A stretch of DNA of 47,323 bases from a virus. Lineage: Duplodnaviria; Caudoviricetes. The translations under genes were made by a program, and so were the position numbers. The notes beneath the pieces were generated by a model. That model saw only the letters and a list, made by a program, of their open reading frames with translations. It did no database searches and was not told the DNA's origin. This document shows, one piece after another, positions 45,271 through 47,323 of this stretch; the stretch's first letter is position 1, and each line of letters starts with the position of its first letter. The stretch is from IMG/VR virus record IMGVR_UViG_3300032272_000024, positions 1 through 47,323 of that record. One strand, given 5' to 3'.

Positions 45271-45765
45271 ATGGCTAATGTATATAATCTAAAAAAAGGG
45301 GTCAGTGAAACAACCGACCTCAAAGACGTAACAACAACCGCAGCCGAGTTGAACTTACTAACAGGTGTAACCGCCACCCCCGCAGAGTTAAACACCCTTG
45401 TCGGTTCGCCACAGGGCGCGACGATTGTGGTCGGTGCTGATGCGGGTACAACAGTGGCGGTTACGATTCAGTTAACAGACGCTGACGGCACAGACTTGGC
45501 AGTACGTGGTAATGTGTTCGGGTATCTATCCGACGACGCTACGGGCGATAGTATCGCGGGCACTGCCCCGTCTGGTGGAGTTGCCGTTGGTACTGATGGT
45601 TTAGCTATCCCACTTATAGCGGGAAAGGCGTGGCGTTTTACAAGCGAAGCGGATGGTGATATTGATTTGGTCGTTACCGAAGCGGGCGCGGATACGTGGT
45701 ACTTAGTGCTAGTATTCCCCAACGGCTTACTAACCGTTTCCGATGCAATCACCTTCACGGCTTAA
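45271..45765 (+). CDS. Head decoration/fibre-like structural protein
   Basis: Follows capsid; TATAAELN-type repeats; A/G/T-rich. Confidence 0.55.
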   Translation: MANVYNLKKGVSETTDLKDVTTTAAELNLLTGVTATPAELNTLVGSPQGATIVVGADAGTTVAVTIQLTDADGTDLAVRGNVFGYLSDDATGDSIAGTAPSGGVAVGTDGLAIPLIAGKAWRFTSEADGDIDLVVTEAGADTWYLVLVFPNGLLTVSDAITFTA

Positions 45766-45768
45766 CCG

Positions 45769-45972
45769 ATGAAATATATAGCCGTTAAGGGATATACCAA
45801 TAGTGTAACAAAGCACAAATTCTCTATTGGCACAGTCGTTAATAAGTCCGATATAGACGCGGGCTTATTAACGTTGTTGCTCCAAGAGGGGGTTTTGATC
45901 GAAGGCGACACATTGCCTATCAAAGCGACACAACCAAAACGTAAAGCAAATAGAACACGCAGGAGTAAATAA
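45769..45972 (+). CDS. Small head-region protein
   Basis: 67 aa, basic tail; typical post-capsid position. Confidence 0.55.
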   Translation: MKYIAVKGYTNSVTKHKFSIGTVVNKSDIDAGLLTLLLQEGVLIEGDTLPIKATQPKRKANRTRRSK

Positions 45973-45974
45973 CA

Positions 45975-46337
45975 ATGAGTGAAGTACAAACTCAAGGCAT
46001 ACCAAACAATCCTCAATACGGGGTTGCGCCTACACTACCAACACAAACGGCGTTAGTTGATGGTGCTATCACGCTTTTGGCTGGTGGTGTCGTTGAACTT
46101 ACAAAAGCTACGGCGGGTGCTTTTACACTTGCCAACCCGGCAGGAGATGGTCACGTTTTATATATCTCAGCTAAAACAGCTGCGGCTCATGTAATCACAA
46201 TTGCTGACGGGCTTCACGGCTTAGGGACGGGCGAAGATGTCGCCACTTTTGGCGGTGCAATTGATGATTGTTTAATACTTGCCTCAAATGGCGGGTATTG
46301 GATGCAAGTATCAAACATTAATGTAACAGTAGCATAA
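45975..46337 (+). CDS. Putative virion structural protein
   Basis: A/G/T-rich beta protein; AGGAG RBS. Confidence 0.55.
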   Translation: MSEVQTQGIPNNPQYGVAPTLPTQTALVDGAITLLAGGVVELTKATAGAFTLANPAGDGHVLYISAKTAAAHVITIADGLHGLGTGEDVATFGGAIDDCLILASNGGYWMQVSNINVTVA

Positions 46338-46370
46338 TAGGAGGGGCTAGTGTGACGCTAGCCCATACCC

Positions 46371-47093
46371 ATGACTTTAATACTTCCTAACTCTAATTTT
46401 GACAAGTTAGACAAGTTTGGGCAAAATGCCGATGTTGACGCGGCTGAAGATGTTTGGTCATTCGGTGGCGACTATCCTTTCCCCGCCACAGCCTTAGCCA
46501 CCACAATCGAAAGCTCAGACGCGGCGGATACAAGCGCGGGCACAGGTGCACAGACTGTAAAAGTTTACGGGGTTGATGCCGATTATATGGCAATCTCTGA
46601 AACGGTTACACTAGACGGCACAACACCCGTCGCCCTAACTAATGAATACCTGCGCGTGTTCCGCGCATTTGTGGAGGAATCGGGAACAACCGAAACGAAC
46701 GAAGGCACTATAGATATAAAGCACACCACAACCGTAATTGCACAAATAGCTATTGGGTTGGGTCAAACCACGATGGCAATTTATACCGTGCCTGCTGATT
46801 ACCGTTTTGCGACGATCAATCATTTAACCGCTTCAATGGTAGGGACGGGCGCAAGTAGTGACGCTGATTATGCATTGATGGTGCGCGAATTTGGAAAATC
46901 ATGGCGGACGGTAGACCTTGACACCTTTTCAACGGGTGCACCCGCAGATCAATCCTATGAGCCCGGGAAAGACATCCCCGCTAAAGCTGATATAAAAATT
47001 AGGATTACGCGGGTATCATCGGCGAACCGCGATATAAAAGCCAGTTTTTACGGGATACTGTTCAAGGGTTCTGTGAAATCGAGTAGTTTCTAA
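46371..47093 (+). CDS. Putative virion structural protein
   Basis: KFGQN.DVD...EDVW and DTSAGTGAQTV.VYG.DADY motifs, which I associate with phage head-region proteins. Confidence 0.55.
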   Translation: MTLILPNSNFDKLDKFGQNADVDAAEDVWSFGGDYPFPATALATTIESSDAADTSAGTGAQTVKVYGVDADYMAISETVTLDGTTPVALTNEYLRVFRAFVEESGTTETNEGTIDIKHTTTVIAQIAIGLGQTTMAIYTVPADYRFATINHLTASMVGTGASSDADYALMVREFGKSWRTVDLDTFSTGAPADQSYEPGKDIPAKADIKIRITRVSSANRDIKASFYGILFKGSVKSSSF

Positions 47094-47323
47094 TGACGGT
47101 ACGTTTTACGCTTAAAGCCAATGCCGATACACGCGGGTTAGACAATGCGATTAAGGAAATTAATCGTATAGGAAAGATAGTCGAGGTTGCGGGAAACAAG
47201 GTAACGGATTCGATTACACCGGGGCTATTAGCCGAGTTAGGGCAACAGCCTCCGCGTCGGTCGTACCCCAATCAATACCCGATTGAGTGGACATCTGACA
47301 AACAGCGTAAAGCGTATTTTGCA
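47093..47323 (+). CDS. 5' part of neck/tail-completion protein continuing to 469
   Basis: TAATG-coupled ATG; MTVRFTLKANADTRGLDNAIKEI open across the junction; missed by the ORF track. Confidence 0.7.
   Translation, partial: MTVRFTLKANADTRGLDNAIKEINRIGKIVEVAGNKVTDSITPGLLAELGQQPPRRSYPNQYPIEWTSDKQRKAYFA
47197..47323. repeat. Terminal overlap identical to 1-127
   Basis: Exact match. Confidence 0.95.

Noticed and set aside
1050-47271. Many short opposite-strand or alternate-frame ORFs in the track (e.g. 4863-5342, 6416-6910, 43301-43879)
   Set aside because: Fully nested in well-supported genes with no RBS or motifs; treated as shadow ORFs
1-47323. Stop-codon reassignment
   Set aside because: Standard code gives dense, coupled, full-length genes ending in all three stop codons

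Overview
The window is a complete, circularly assembled tailed-phage genome of about 47,196 bp; bases 1-127 recur at 47197-47323. It looks like a siphovirus. The host is probably Chloroflexota (Anaerolineae), inferred from the SSB and one moron gene. Layout: packaging and head genes (38.3-47.1 kb, continuing across the junction), tail genes (0.5-11.2 kb), a holin/lipoprotein block with no recognisable endolysin (11.3-13.5 kb), a leftward early arm (13.8-17.7 kb), a ribbon-helix-helix switch (17.7-18.05 kb), and a rightward recombination/replication arm (Rad52-like annealase, SSB, initiator with iterons, DnaB, AEP primase). I found no integrase. Instead there is an actin-like ParM/ParR pair behind a helically phased GTATAC array, which suggests a plasmid-prophage lifestyle. 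Most notable: (1) a Mom-family DNA acyltransferase followed by a non-canonical tRNA-like RNA carrying glycine identity elements; (2) the actin-type partition locus; (3) a tandemly duplicated replication-control module with conserved junctions, swapped gene bodies, paired sense/antisense promoters and a G7 frameshift; (4) several promoter-terminator small-RNA cassettes. All protein calls come from motif recognition and synteny by eye; no database searches were run.
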